Assembly: GCA_943354835.1 (NCBI GenBank)
Contig: CALRDH010000005.1
Coordinates: 1 to 47,095, forward strand
Origin: a candidate division WWE3 bacterium
Lineage (GTDB): Bacteria > Patescibacteriota > WWE3 > 2-01-FULL-39-13
DNA length: 47,095 bases
Direction: 5' to 3'
The notes beneath the pieces are model-generated. The model was not told the DNA's origin, ran no database searches, and saw nothing but the letters and a program-made list of their open reading frames with translations. The first letter of the stretch is position 1; each line of letters opens with the position of its first letter. Shown here one piece after another: positions 11,882-20,243 of this stretch. The position numbers were made by a program, and so were the translations under genes.

Positions 11882-13693
11882 TTATTCATCTGCAACTGTA
11901 TGTACTTCTCCGATTGTCGTTATTCCCCAGAGTGATTTAAGGTATCCATCTTGAACAAGTGTGATCATACCTTTATCTATGGCACTTTTTTCAATTTCAT
12001 CTGTTGCTACATTTTGTTCGGCTAGTTTTTGAATTTGTTCATCTACTTCTAAGACTTCGTAGATTCCGATTCTTCCTTTAAATCCTGTTTGATTACACTT
12101 ATCGCATCCCTTTCCTTTGTATAGTTTAATATTATTCAAATCAATTTCTTTTGTCGGCGATTCTTGATTTTTTGGAGTCGTAATTGGTTCGTCGTCTGTA
12201 TCCGTATCCTCAAATGGATTATGACTTAAACCAACTTTAATGAGTTTGTCACCAAGAACGCGTTTAATGTCAGCTTTTATTTCTGGGTCTGGATCGTATG
12301 CTTCCTTGCAATTTTCACATACTTTTCGAACTAACCTTTGTGCTAAAACGGCATTGATTGTTGATGCTAAAAAGAAACTTTCAATTCCCATGTCTGTAAG
12401 CCTTGGAATTGCACCGGCTGCAGAATTTGTGTGCAAAGTTGCTAAAACAAGATGGCCTGTAAGTGCTGCTTGAATTGCAAGTCTTGCAGTTTCGCCGTCT
12501 CTAATTTCTCCAACCATTATTATGTTTGGGTCTTGTCTTAAAATAGACCTTAATCCGTTTGCAAATGTTAGGTCAGCTTTTATGTTTATTTGAACTTGGT
12601 TGACTCCAGGAATATTTATTTCAACTGGATCTTCAAGCGTGATTATATTTACTTTTACTGAATTTACTTTATATAGAGCTGTTGCTAGAGTAACCGTTTT
12701 ACCCGAACCCGTTGGACCTGTTACTAAAATTATCCCAGTTGTTTGTCTTAATGCTTTATTAAATATGCTGTGTGCATTCCCCCATATTCCTAGCCCTTTT
12801 AATGTGAATACAGTTTTTTGATCTTTTAAAAGACGGATAACAACCTTTTCTCCAAATACTGTGGGAAGTGTTGATACACGAAGGTCTGTGCGAGATTCTC
12901 CAAATATAACCCTGAATTTTCCATCGAGCGGCTTACGTCTTTCATCAATTGGCATGTTGGCTAGAATTTTAATTCTTGCGACAACCGAGTTGTGAATTTC
13001 TTTTGGAAGCGGGAATTTTTCTTGTAAAACCCCGTCGATTCTATATCTTATACGAGTTCCTGTTTCGAAAGGTTCAATGTGAATATCAGAGGCCCCCGAT
13101 TTAACGGCGTATTCTAAGATAACGCTAACAATTTGAGCAACAGGTGAAACTTTTATAATTTGTTTTGCCTGATCAATGTTTTGCAAGCTTTCAGTCATCT
13201 TTTTAGTTGAAGTTTCTGTTGCTTGTTCTATTGCTTTATTGACATCTTTGCCAAGGCTTTTGCTATATTCTCTGTCGATTGCTCCAAGGATTGAATTTTT
13301 TGTACTAGCATATGGCTTTACTTTAAGTTTTAAACTTCTTTCTAAAAATTGAATGATTAAAAGATCGCCTGGATCTGCCATTGCGATATCAATTGTGTTT
13401 TCGTTTCTCTCAATTGGAATGATGGTGTATTTTCGAGCCATTTCTTCTGGAATTGATTGAACTGTTTCTGGAAGTATCGAAAGACCAAGTGGATCAACAA
13501 ATGGAATCCCTTGAAGTTTTGACTCTTCCATTGCAAATTGAGTTTCGTCTATGTATTGATTTTCGAGAATTATTTCTTTGGTAGATTTATCAGAACGAAG
13601 CTTTTCGTTTTTGATTTCTTCGTATTGGTGCTCGCTAATTAGTTGGTCAGCAAGCAATAAGTCTTCAATCGTTTGGGCAGTATTTGTCGACAT
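11882..13693 (-). CDS. pilB: Type IV pilus assembly ATPase PilB (likely start MSTN at 13693)
   Basis: ASDIHIEP, RYRIDGVL, GPTGSGKT, LEDPVE, LRQDPNIIMVGEIRD, GHLVLATLHTN, two CxxC pairs. Confidence 0.95.
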   Translation of the reverse strand: MSTNTAQTIEDLLLADQLISEHQYEEIKNEKLRSDKSTKEIILENQYIDETQFAMEESKLQGIPFVDPLGLSILPETVQSIPEEMARKYTIIPIERNENTIDIAMADPGDLLIIQFLERSLKLKVKPYASTKNSILGAIDREYSKSLGKDVNKAIEQATETSTKKMTESLQNIDQAKQIIKVSPVAQIVSVILEYAVKSGASDIHIEPFETGTRIRYRIDGVLQEKFPLPKEIHNSVVARIKILANMPIDERRKPLDGKFRVIFGESRTDLRVSTLPTVFGEKVVIRLLKDQKTVFTLKGLGIWGNAHSIFNKALRQTTGIILVTGPTGSGKTVTLATALYKVNSVKVNIITLEDPVEINIPGVNQVQINIKADLTFANGLRSILRQDPNIIMVGEIRDGETARLAIQAALTGHLVLATLHTNSAAGAIPRLTDMGIESFFLASTINAVLAQRLVRKVCENCKEAYDPDPEIKADIKRVLGDKLIKVGLSHNPFEDTDTDDEPITTPKNQESPTKEIDLNNIKLYKGKGCDKCNQTGFKGRIGIYEVLEVDEQIQKLAEQNVATDEIEKSAIDKGMITLVQDGYLKSLWGITTIGEVHTVADE

Positions 13694-13724
13694 AATCTCT
13701 AATTTCAGTATATCATAGAGATTA
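13693..13724. promoter_or_regulatory. 9-bp inverted repeat TAATCTCTA-N14-TAGAGATTA enclosing a minus-strand TG-A-TATACT extended -10 in the divergent pilB/holB gap
   Basis: Arms at 13693-13701 and 13716-13724; the spacer reverse-complements to TGATATACTGAAAT. Confidence 0.55.
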
Positions 13725-13727
13725 CTT

Positions 13728-14441
13728 ATGCAAACGGTAATTATTACAAGTGAGAACAAGGAATCGTCTGATTTTTATGTTTCAAAAAATTATGAAATAT
13801 CTGAAGCTGGTGGTAATTCAATGATAATTGAATCTGTGGGTGGAAAAAAGATATCTATTGCGCAGGCTCGCGAACTTATTAAGTTCGCGAGCCTGCGCCC
13901 AGTTAACTCCAAGCAAAAAATTGCATTAATTAGAGATGCGCAAATAATGACGATTGAGGCTCAAAATTCTCTACTCAAATTAATTGAGGAACCTCCTACC
14001 TATTTACAAATTATTTTGATCGTAAATAATCCAAAAAATTTGCTCGATACGATTTTGTCTAGGTGCATAATAATAAGGGTTGAAAAAATTAAAGTAGACT
14101 CCCCTTCTTTGGATTCCGATGAATTTTTTAAAGAATTTTCAGAAATTCTATGTATGTCTATTGGTGAACGTTTTGATTGGCTTTCGAGTAATCAGACAAA
14201 ATTTAAAGATAGAAATTTTGCAGTAGATTTTTTGTCTAGGTGGGAATTATTTTTAAGACATTTTTTGATTGCTTCTGTTAATGTTCCAAATAAACTTCCA
14301 ACAAAAATTTGGCAGGAAAATTTGGTTTATCTAAAAGATGTTATTGAGAAAATTCGTGTAAATAACGCAAATATATCAATGGGTATAGAAAGTTTTTTAA
14401 TAAACTTACCAGTCGTTGCGGGCGCTATGCATACGAAGTGA
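13728..14441 (+). CDS. holB: Short DNA polymerase III delta-prime-like protein
   Basis: ISIAQAREL, KIALIRDAQIMTIEAQNSLLKLIEEPP, LLDTILSRC. No Walker A or Zn finger visible. Confidence 0.8.
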   Translation: MQTVIITSENKESSDFYVSKNYEISEAGGNSMIIESVGGKKISIAQARELIKFASLRPVNSKQKIALIRDAQIMTIEAQNSLLKLIEEPPTYLQIILIVNNPKNLLDTILSRCIIIRVEKIKVDSPSLDSDEFFKEFSEILCMSIGERFDWLSSNQTKFKDRNFAVDFLSRWELFLRHFLIASVNVPNKLPTKIWQENLVYLKDVIEKIRVNNANISMGIESFLINLPVVAGAMHTK

Positions 14442-14447
14442 TATACT
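14439..14447 (+). promoter_or_regulatory. Extended -10 TG-A-TATACT, 6 nt upstream of the pilin ATG (leaderless geometry)
   Basis: TGATATACTGCGAAT-ATG; overlaps the holB TGA stop. Confidence 0.5.
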
Positions 14448-14453
14448 GCGAAT

Positions 14454-14936
14454 ATGGCATATAGAGGCAAGCTTTTTCGAGGACTTACGCTTATAGAAAT
14501 CAGTATTGTTATTGGCATTTTAGCAATTTTATCTGGAGTTATTATTGTTACGTTAAAGCCAAAAGAGCAAACTGGAAAAGCTTCTGACGGAACAAAAAAA
14601 ACAGATAGTGCAGCCCTCTTATCAGCAGTTAATAGATATTTTGTTTCGTATAATGGTGTTTATCCTTGGGCGTCGGTTGCAAACTGTAGCGCTCCTACGA
14701 GTAATGGAACTTCAACAGTTTCTGCTTGTTGGTTGAACCGTTTGGTCGCAGTTGGGGAAATCGATTCAAGCTTTGCAAATGGAAGTAATATTTCTTCACT
14801 GATAGTCACTTTGGATTCATCAAGTGTTGTTCATATTTGTTTTGCTCCAACATCTCAAGCATTTTTGTCCAAGGCATATCAAAATTCAAGGGGAATTAGC
14901 GCTTCCCCTGGTACACATATTTGCATTCCGGAGTGA
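14454..14936 (+). CDS. Type IV prepilin
   Basis: RG|LTLIEISIVIGILAILSGVII class III signal; C-terminal Cys pairs. Confidence 0.88.
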   Translation: MAYRGKLFRGLTLIEISIVIGILAILSGVIIVTLKPKEQTGKASDGTKKTDSAALLSAVNRYFVSYNGVYPWASVANCSAPTSNGTSTVSACWLNRLVAVGEIDSSFANGSNISSLIVTLDSSSVVHICFAPTSQAFLSKAYQNSRGISASPGTHICIPE

Positions 14937-15017
14937 TCGTCTTTCACCTGCGCTAAGTTTAGAAATTTTTAATCAAAAGTTTAACATTTTCCGCTTGATA
15001 TCAACGAAATTCTGTGG

Positions 15018-15641
15018 TTGAATGTGTTGGTGAAAAGCAACGAAGAGACTCTTTTAACAAAAGAATATTTAACCTCATATCTAGATGAAAAGTTGTCAGC
15101 TTTGATTGGTTATATGGATGCTCGGTTTGAAAAGATCGAAAATCGACTAGGTCATATTGAGTCTCGCTTAGATAAAATTGAAGCCCGTCTAGATGGCCAC
15201 GACATTCGTTTCGATCAGATTGACGAACAGCTAATTAATATTAATGTCAGATTGGATGGCCATGATGTACGTTTCATTCAGATGGATAATAGATTCGATT
15301 CCATGGACAAGCGATTAAACAGTGTTGAAGATGAACTTAAGGTTATAAATAAACATTTGGTTGCAATTGATGAACGTTTAGATAGCCATGAGGAAAGATT
15401 CGACCGACTAGAAAAGCATATCGATTTTAAATTTGATTTTTTCAAAGAAGATATTGTACGAAGTCTTGAGCCAATGTTTGCTGATATGAGAATCGACCTT
15501 TTAGGATATAAAGATTCTATGGTATCTAGAACAATGGATATAGAAATTGAGCAAGTCGCGTCAACGAGTATTGCAAAAAGGAATCAAGACTTGCTTTGTG
15601 ACCACGAAGTACGAATTAAAAAATTGGAAGTTACACGGTAA
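15018..15641 (+). CDS. Heptad-repeat coiled-coil protein, no TM or signal peptide (start uncertain: TTG 15018 or GTG 15030)
   Basis: Long 7-periodic RLDxxExRL/RFD pattern; internal 21-aa near-repeat RLDGHDIRF.../RLDGHDVRF... Confidence 0.7.
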   Translation: MNVLVKSNEETLLTKEYLTSYLDEKLSALIGYMDARFEKIENRLGHIESRLDKIEARLDGHDIRFDQIDEQLININVRLDGHDVRFIQMDNRFDSMDKRLNSVEDELKVINKHLVAIDERLDSHEERFDRLEKHIDFKFDFFKEDIVRSLEPMFADMRIDLLGYKDSMVSRTMDIEIEQVASTSIAKRNQDLLCDHEVRIKKLEVTR

Positions 15642-16430
15642 ATGTTTTTAATTATTTTTTTTACTGCATTTTTATTTTTTCTTTTTATCGGATCTTTTTT
15701 AAACGTTGTTATTGAACGCGTCTACAGGGGAGAACAATTTGTGAAAGGAAGGTCATATTGTGTTTCGTGCAAGCATGAATTGTCAGCTTTTGATTTAGTT
15801 CCAGTTTTTTCATTTTTATTTTTAAAAGGAAAATGTAGATATTGTAAAAAGAGTATTCCCCGAATACATGTTTGTATAGAGCTTTTTACGGCAATTTGTG
15901 CAGGATTTATTTTCGCAACTTACCCTTTTATACAAGCTTTGTTTTTTAGTTTGGTTTTGGTTGTTTTGATTTTGATATTTTTTACGGATTTAATGTATTA
16001 CGTTATTCCGGATATCTACCTATATCTTCTTTTCGGACTGTATATAATTGGGGCTGCCCTTTTATATGTCTACCCAAATTCGTTTTATTTTCTTTCCAGT
16101 TTCTACTTCCCTATCTGGGGTCATGTCAGGGCAGCCCTTATCTCTTCCGCCTTTTTTGGAATACTTTATTTGGGTTCAAAGGGTAAAGCTATGGGCGAAG
16201 GCGATATTTATTTATCTGGAATATTGGCGCTTTTTTTAGGTCCGACCTTATCTTTGGTTATGCTTTTCATTTCCTTCTTGACAGGAGCAATAGTTGGAGT
16301 AATACTCGTTTCAATGGGCAGGAAGCGGATAACACAGGTTATACCGTTTGGCCCTTTTTTAATTGTTGGGTTTACGATTAGTTATTTAGTTGGTTTCAAT
16401 TTAATTAATTTGTATCTGGGATTGTTATAA
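15642..16430 (+). CDS. pilD: Prepilin peptidase (A24A)
   Basis: GSFLNVVIER, CVSC and CRYC Zn motifs, FTD and MGEGD catalytic Asp residues, PFGPFL. Confidence 0.95.
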   Translation: MFLIIFFTAFLFFLFIGSFLNVVIERVYRGEQFVKGRSYCVSCKHELSAFDLVPVFSFLFLKGKCRYCKKSIPRIHVCIELFTAICAGFIFATYPFIQALFFSLVLVVLILIFFTDLMYYVIPDIYLYLLFGLYIIGAALLYVYPNSFYFLSSFYFPIWGHVRAALISSAFFGILYLGSKGKAMGEGDIYLSGILALFLGPTLSLVMLFISFLTGAIVGVILVSMGRKRITQVIPFGPFLIVGFTISYLVGFNLINLYLGLL

Positions 16431-16431
16431 T
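16423..16431 (+). promoter_or_regulatory. Consensus extended -10 TG-T-TATAAT upstream of the probable major pilin
   Basis: Perfect TGnTATAAT 32 nt before the ATG at 16464; overlaps the pilD stop. Confidence 0.55.
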
Positions 16432-16463
16432 ATTAGCTTTCTCCGATAAAAAAAGTACGAAGA

Positions 16464-16901
16464 ATGAAAAAATTACCTGTCCGCTTCGGAAGAAAAGGGT
16501 TTACCCTTATCGAGTTACTTATAGTTATCGTTATCATAGGAATCCTAGCCGGTGTAGTCTTGGTGGTACTTAACCCAGCCAAACAACAGAGAAAGTCTGC
16601 AGAATCTGTATTGTCTGCAAATACGAATAAACTTTGTCTAGCGTTAAACTCTTGTGCGGCGACAACTCCAACAGCTGCAAGTTGTGGTACATTGGCACTG
16701 TTAGGGGCTGCTGATCCTGCTGGAGTTCCAACCACCTCAACATATACGCCTGCTGTAGCCGGTAATGTAGTTACTATAACTGGTGCGTTGGCGGCAGCTG
16801 GAGGATCTAAGACCTCCGGTACAGCTTGTAATATTACATGCAGTTTTGATTTTGTTGCAGGTACTGCTGTTAAATTAACTCCTGACGCAGGTTGCTGGTA
16901 A
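16464..16901 (+). CDS. pilA: Probable major type IV pilin
   Basis: KG|FTLIELLIVIVIIGILAGVV; has its own promoter and a downstream terminator, so it is probably monocistronic. Confidence 0.8.
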   Translation: MKKLPVRFGRKGFTLIELLIVIVIIGILAGVVLVVLNPAKQQRKSAESVLSANTNKLCLALNSCAATTPTAASCGTLALLGAADPAGVPTTSTYTPAVAGNVVTITGALAAAGGSKTSGTACNITCSFDFVAGTAVKLTPDAGCW

Positions 16902-16942
16902 ATCGTTACTACCCTAGTTTGCTATCTGATTTAGCAGGTTCT

Positions 16943-16979
16943 GAAAAGGCCTCGGATTTCCGGGGCCTTTTCTGTTTTT
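16943..16979 (+). terminator. Intrinsic terminator after the major pilin
   Basis: 13-bp stem GAAAAGGCCTCGG-ATTT-CCGGGGCCTTTTC (one G:U pair) followed by TGTTTTT. Confidence 0.85.
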
Positions 16980-17023
16980 CCACATTTGTGGTAATGTATT
17001 TTTAGTACATATTTATTTTAAAA

Positions 17024-17455
17024 ATGTCTAAATTTTCTGCCCAACCCTACCGTCTTGCCTTCACTTTGATTGAGCTTTTGATTGTTATTGTTATTATTGG
17101 AATTTTAGCTGGTGTTATTTTGGTTGTTTTAAACCCTGCAGCTCAACAAAGAAAGTCCGCGGAAGCAGTTTTGCAAGCTAATACAAATAAGCTTTGTTTA
17201 GGTCTTTTTTCATGTGCTCAAACTACGTATGATCCGTTAAGGTGTAACGATATGACAAAGATTGGAGGAATTGATCCAATCGACTCCCCCTCTACTTCTA
17301 CTTATGATGTTTTGGCAACTGGTAATGTGATTTCTGTTACTGGAACTTTGCCAGCAGGAGTTGGTTCATCCGTAGATTGCGAATTTACTTGTGCGTACGA
17401 TATAGTTTCAGGAACTCCTCAAAGATTAACGCAAGGAGCAGGTTGCATATTATGA
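17024..17455 (+). CDS. Second pilin, paralogue of 16464
   Basis: LA|FTLIELLIVIV...; 47 of the first 53 mature residues are identical to pilin 16464. Confidence 0.88.
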   Translation: MSKFSAQPYRLAFTLIELLIVIVIIGILAGVILVVLNPAAQQRKSAEAVLQANTNKLCLGLFSCAQTTYDPLRCNDMTKIGGIDPIDSPSTSTYDVLATGNVISVTGTLPAGVGSSVDCEFTCAYDIVSGTPQRLTQGAGCIL

Positions 17456-17865
17456 AAAAAGGTTTTACTTTAATTGAACTTTTAATTGTTATTGGTTTAA
17501 TAGGAGTTCTATCTGGATTCGTAATCGTCGTTATAAATCCACAGACTCAATTTATGAAAGCCCGTGATGCAAATCGTAAAAAAGATCTATCTTTAATTTC
17601 AAACGCATTAGAGCAATATTATGCGGATAATAATAGGTATCCGGCTACTATGGCTGTGTCGAGTCTTCCTCTTGCCGGTTCACCTAAATATATACAATCA
17701 ATTCCTGTAGATCCAAATACTTATTCTTATTGTTATACATCTACTACGCCATTTCAGAATTTTGTATTATGTGCGCGGTTAGAGTCGGGAGTCGCGTCGG
17801 TGCCGGTTGGAATTATCTCGTGTCAGGCGTCTGGCGTTTCGTATTGTCTTACAAATGCTTTTTAA
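17452..17865 (+). CDS. Pilin/GspG-like prepilin (start moved to MKKGF at 17452)
   Basis: KG|FTLIELLIVIG, ARDANRKKDL..I..ALEQYYADN..YP; ATGA overlap with the previous stop. Confidence 0.88.
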   Translation: MKKGFTLIELLIVIGLIGVLSGFVIVVINPQTQFMKARDANRKKDLSLISNALEQYYADNNRYPATMAVSSLPLAGSPKYIQSIPVDPNTYSYCYTSTTPFQNFVLCARLESGVASVPVGIISCQASGVSYCLTNAF

Positions 17866-17868
17866 AGT

Positions 17869-18357
17869 ATGAAATTTAATAATGCCTTTACTCTTATTGA
17901 AGTTTTAATTGTTGTTGGAATTATGGGCATTTTAACTATGTCTGTCCTACCCGCTTTTGGTACTTTTGCAGACCGCCGTGCTTTTCAAAGTAGCGTTGAT
18001 ATTTTCGCAGAAAAAGTTAGATCAGCTAGAACCAAGGCGATGTCTGGTGTTGCGTCATCAGGCACTGATGTGAATTGGTATATTGAACCTACTTCGGGAG
18101 GAACGGGTTTTGTAATTGGTCATACTACAGTTTCTGGTGGAATTTCTACTGCGGTTTTTAATGACAGTCTTTCTGGTTATGGTGTTACTTTTGGAAGTTG
18201 TTCTCCGTGTAGAATTACATTTCAGCGTCTAACTGGAAAAAGACTGTCTGGAAACTCTGATGATCCACAAACTATTTTATTAAATTTTTCAAAAAGTGGT
18301 GAAAGCTTGACTAAAAGTATTAATGTTTACGATAGTGGCAAAATTGAAGTCCAATGA
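17869..18357 (+). CDS. Minor pilin (FimT/GspH-like)
   Basis: NA|FTLIEVLIVVGI, VRSARTKAMSG, terminal SGKIE. Confidence 0.8.
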   Translation: MKFNNAFTLIEVLIVVGIMGILTMSVLPAFGTFADRRAFQSSVDIFAEKVRSARTKAMSGVASSGTDVNWYIEPTSGGTGFVIGHTTVSGGISTAVFNDSLSGYGVTFGSCSPCRITFQRLTGKRLSGNSDDPQTILLNFSKSGESLTKSINVYDSGKIEVQ

Positions 18358-18821
18358 AATTTAATTTATATAAAAATTTAAAAGGCGAAACTCTAATTGA
18401 AGTTGTATTGGCTGTTGGTCTTGCAGTTATGGTTCTTTTTGCTTTGGTCGTCTTGGGGTCTACAGCAGTTAAAACAGGGACAAGTTCGTCAAGACGCGCA
18501 GAAGCTGAAAAGCTTGCATCTTCGGGTGTCGAGGCCATTAGGTACAAGCGTGATGCAAGTGGTTTTGACAGCTTGACGAATGGATGCTATCAGATAAACG
18601 GAAGTGATGTTCAGGCGACTGCGGATTGCGTCAATAATGCTTGGGTTACTATATCTTTAGGTACAGGAAATTTTTTTGATCGAAAAATCGAAATTTCTTC
18701 ATATGCAGGAAGTGCCACAATGAAAAAAATCACATCAACCGCAAGATGGGTCGAAACTGGCGGAGCAGGATCAGGTGAAACAAAAAGTGTTGTAATTAGT
18801 ACTGTTTTATCAAAATGGTAA
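18354..18821 (+). CDS. Minor pilin (PilV-like)
   Basis: KG|ETLIEVVLAVGL, AEKLASSGVEAIR; position in the minor-pilin order. Confidence 0.78.
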   Translation: MKFNLYKNLKGETLIEVVLAVGLAVMVLFALVVLGSTAVKTGTSSSRRAEAEKLASSGVEAIRYKRDASGFDSLTNGCYQINGSDVQATADCVNNAWVTISLGTGNFFDRKIEISSYAGSATMKKITSTARWVETGGAGSGETKSVVISTVLSKW

Positions 18822-19393
18822 AGCTAAACGGCATGAAGCCTTCATTTACATTAATCGAACTCATGATTTCAATTGGAGTTTTGGCAGTGGCATTATCAAT
18901 TACTGCAGGCGTTTTACTTTCCGTAATAAAAGCAACTCAAAAGCAAAAAGTGATCGCAGAAGTTGAAAGAAATGGCAGTTTTGTAATGAGTTATATACAG
19001 GAATCAGCGATGAAAGCACTGTCTATTAATTGTCAAAATAGTGGTGCTTCATCTACTTGCTCCGGGGGCGCTAGTGATGACGAACTTATTTTAGGTCAAG
19101 GATCGACTTCTTTATATGTTGGTTCAAGGGGTAATACTTTCAATTGTACTGGCGGTGCTAGTGTTACAAATAATTTTGTATACGCGACGTCCGATTCTTC
19201 TACTCCAGACAATCCAGAAAAGCTTACGAATGACAGTGAAAATGGCGTCCACATAGCAAGTTTAGCTTTTGTGGTTTCACCTGGAAATCCTGCTCGACTT
19301 ACTGTTACAATGGATGTAGAAAGTTCGAAATGTGGCGGTTGGAATGTGTCAAAGCGGTTCCAGAGTTTTATTACAGTTCGCGGAATATATTAA
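18815..19393 (+). CDS. Minor pilin (PilW-like); alternative start at 18833
   Basis: PS|FTLIELMISIGV hydrophobic helix; position in the minor-pilin order. Confidence 0.78.
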   Translation: MVKLNGMKPSFTLIELMISIGVLAVALSITAGVLLSVIKATQKQKVIAEVERNGSFVMSYIQESAMKALSINCQNSGASSTCSGGASDDELILGQGSTSLYVGSRGNTFNCTGGASVTNNFVYATSDSSTPDNPEKLTNDSENGVHIASLAFVVSPGNPARLTVTMDVESSKCGGWNVSKRFQSFITVRGIY

Positions 19394-19396
19394 AAA

Positions 19397-20221
19397 ATGG
19401 TAACAAAACATAAATCAGGTCAAGCAGCATTAATTATAGTTATCGTTACAATGGTTACAGCACTTGGCGTTGCTGTTTCAAGTATTACTCAATCAAATTT
19501 GAATCTTAAAGAAACTGTTTATTCGACGCAGGCAACGCAAGCAAAAGCATGTGCGGAAGCTGGCGCTGAAAGAGCCTTGGCATTTTTAGCACCAGATCCC
19601 ACTTTGACTGGTGTGACAACACCTCCAATTGTTACTCAGGCATCTACCGATGATCCTGCTTATGCAATAGATGGCTGTACTTATACAACCACGATTAGGG
19701 ATTATCCATGTACTGGCGGTACTCCTTCTTCTCCTTCGTGTAATGGTCAGGTTTATATTGCAAGCATTGCCGAAAATGCAGTGCAAGAAATTAAGGTTAA
19801 AGACGGCAGTATCGATATTACATTTACATATGGTAATTTAGATGAATCTTCTTTAGCCGTTTATTTGTATAAGTCTTCCCCATCAGCTTCGGTTGATAGA
19901 AAGATGTATCACTGTGGATCCCAAAGTAGTCCAAGTGGTGATTTTGATACCGCTTCTAAAGACACAAATACAGGTAAATGTACTATCTCTGGTTTACCGA
20001 CAACTGGTGTTACCTTGGTTAGGTTAAGACCACTTTATACAAGTATGTCTATAAATGTTTCTGGTACTGGAGTCGCAGGAACGAAGTCAGGTTATTTGGT
20101 TGAAACGAAAGGTTCTGCAGGTTCAGTTACTAGAAGTGTTAATGTTTATAGGTTTTTAAGTCAGTTGCCAGCAGCTTTTGATGAAGCTGTTGTTTCTTTG
20201 GGTAGCGCAGAGTTAAATTAG
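19397..20221 (+). CDS. Minor pilin (PilX-like, no Glu5)
   Basis: SG|QAALIIVIVTMVTALGVAV, QAKACAEAGAERAL, typical PilX N-terminus. Confidence 0.8.
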   Translation: MVTKHKSGQAALIIVIVTMVTALGVAVSSITQSNLNLKETVYSTQATQAKACAEAGAERALAFLAPDPTLTGVTTPPIVTQASTDDPAYAIDGCTYTTTIRDYPCTGGTPSSPSCNGQVYIASIAENAVQEIKVKDGSIDITFTYGNLDESSLAVYLYKSSPSASVDRKMYHCGSQSSPSGDFDTASKDTNTGKCTISGLPTTGVTLVRLRPLYTSMSINVSGTGVAGTKSGYLVETKGSAGSVTRSVNVYRFLSQLPAAFDEAVVSLGSAELN

Positions 20222-20243
20222 TTTTTATTTATTTATATTTAAT

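Noticed and set aside
13550-13690. MshEN c-di-GMP-binding motif at the PilB N-terminus
   Set aside because: The RLG and GxI residues are absent (IEDLLLADQLI), so ligand binding is not supported.
13694-13759. ORF-track N-terminal extension of PilB (MFSLVII...)
   Set aside because: It overlaps the divergent holB start, and the candidate promoter lies within it.
14995-15004. 10-bp palindrome TTGATATCAA upstream of the coiled-coil gene
   Set aside because: Short, AT-rich and single-copy; the associated -10 (TTGAAT) lacks the conserved A.
16464-17455. Pilin pair as a DGR template/variable repeat or a Neisseria-type silent cassette
   Set aside because: Differences are mostly synonymous third-position changes and not adenine-specific, there is no reverse transcriptase in the window, and both copies have full signal peptides.
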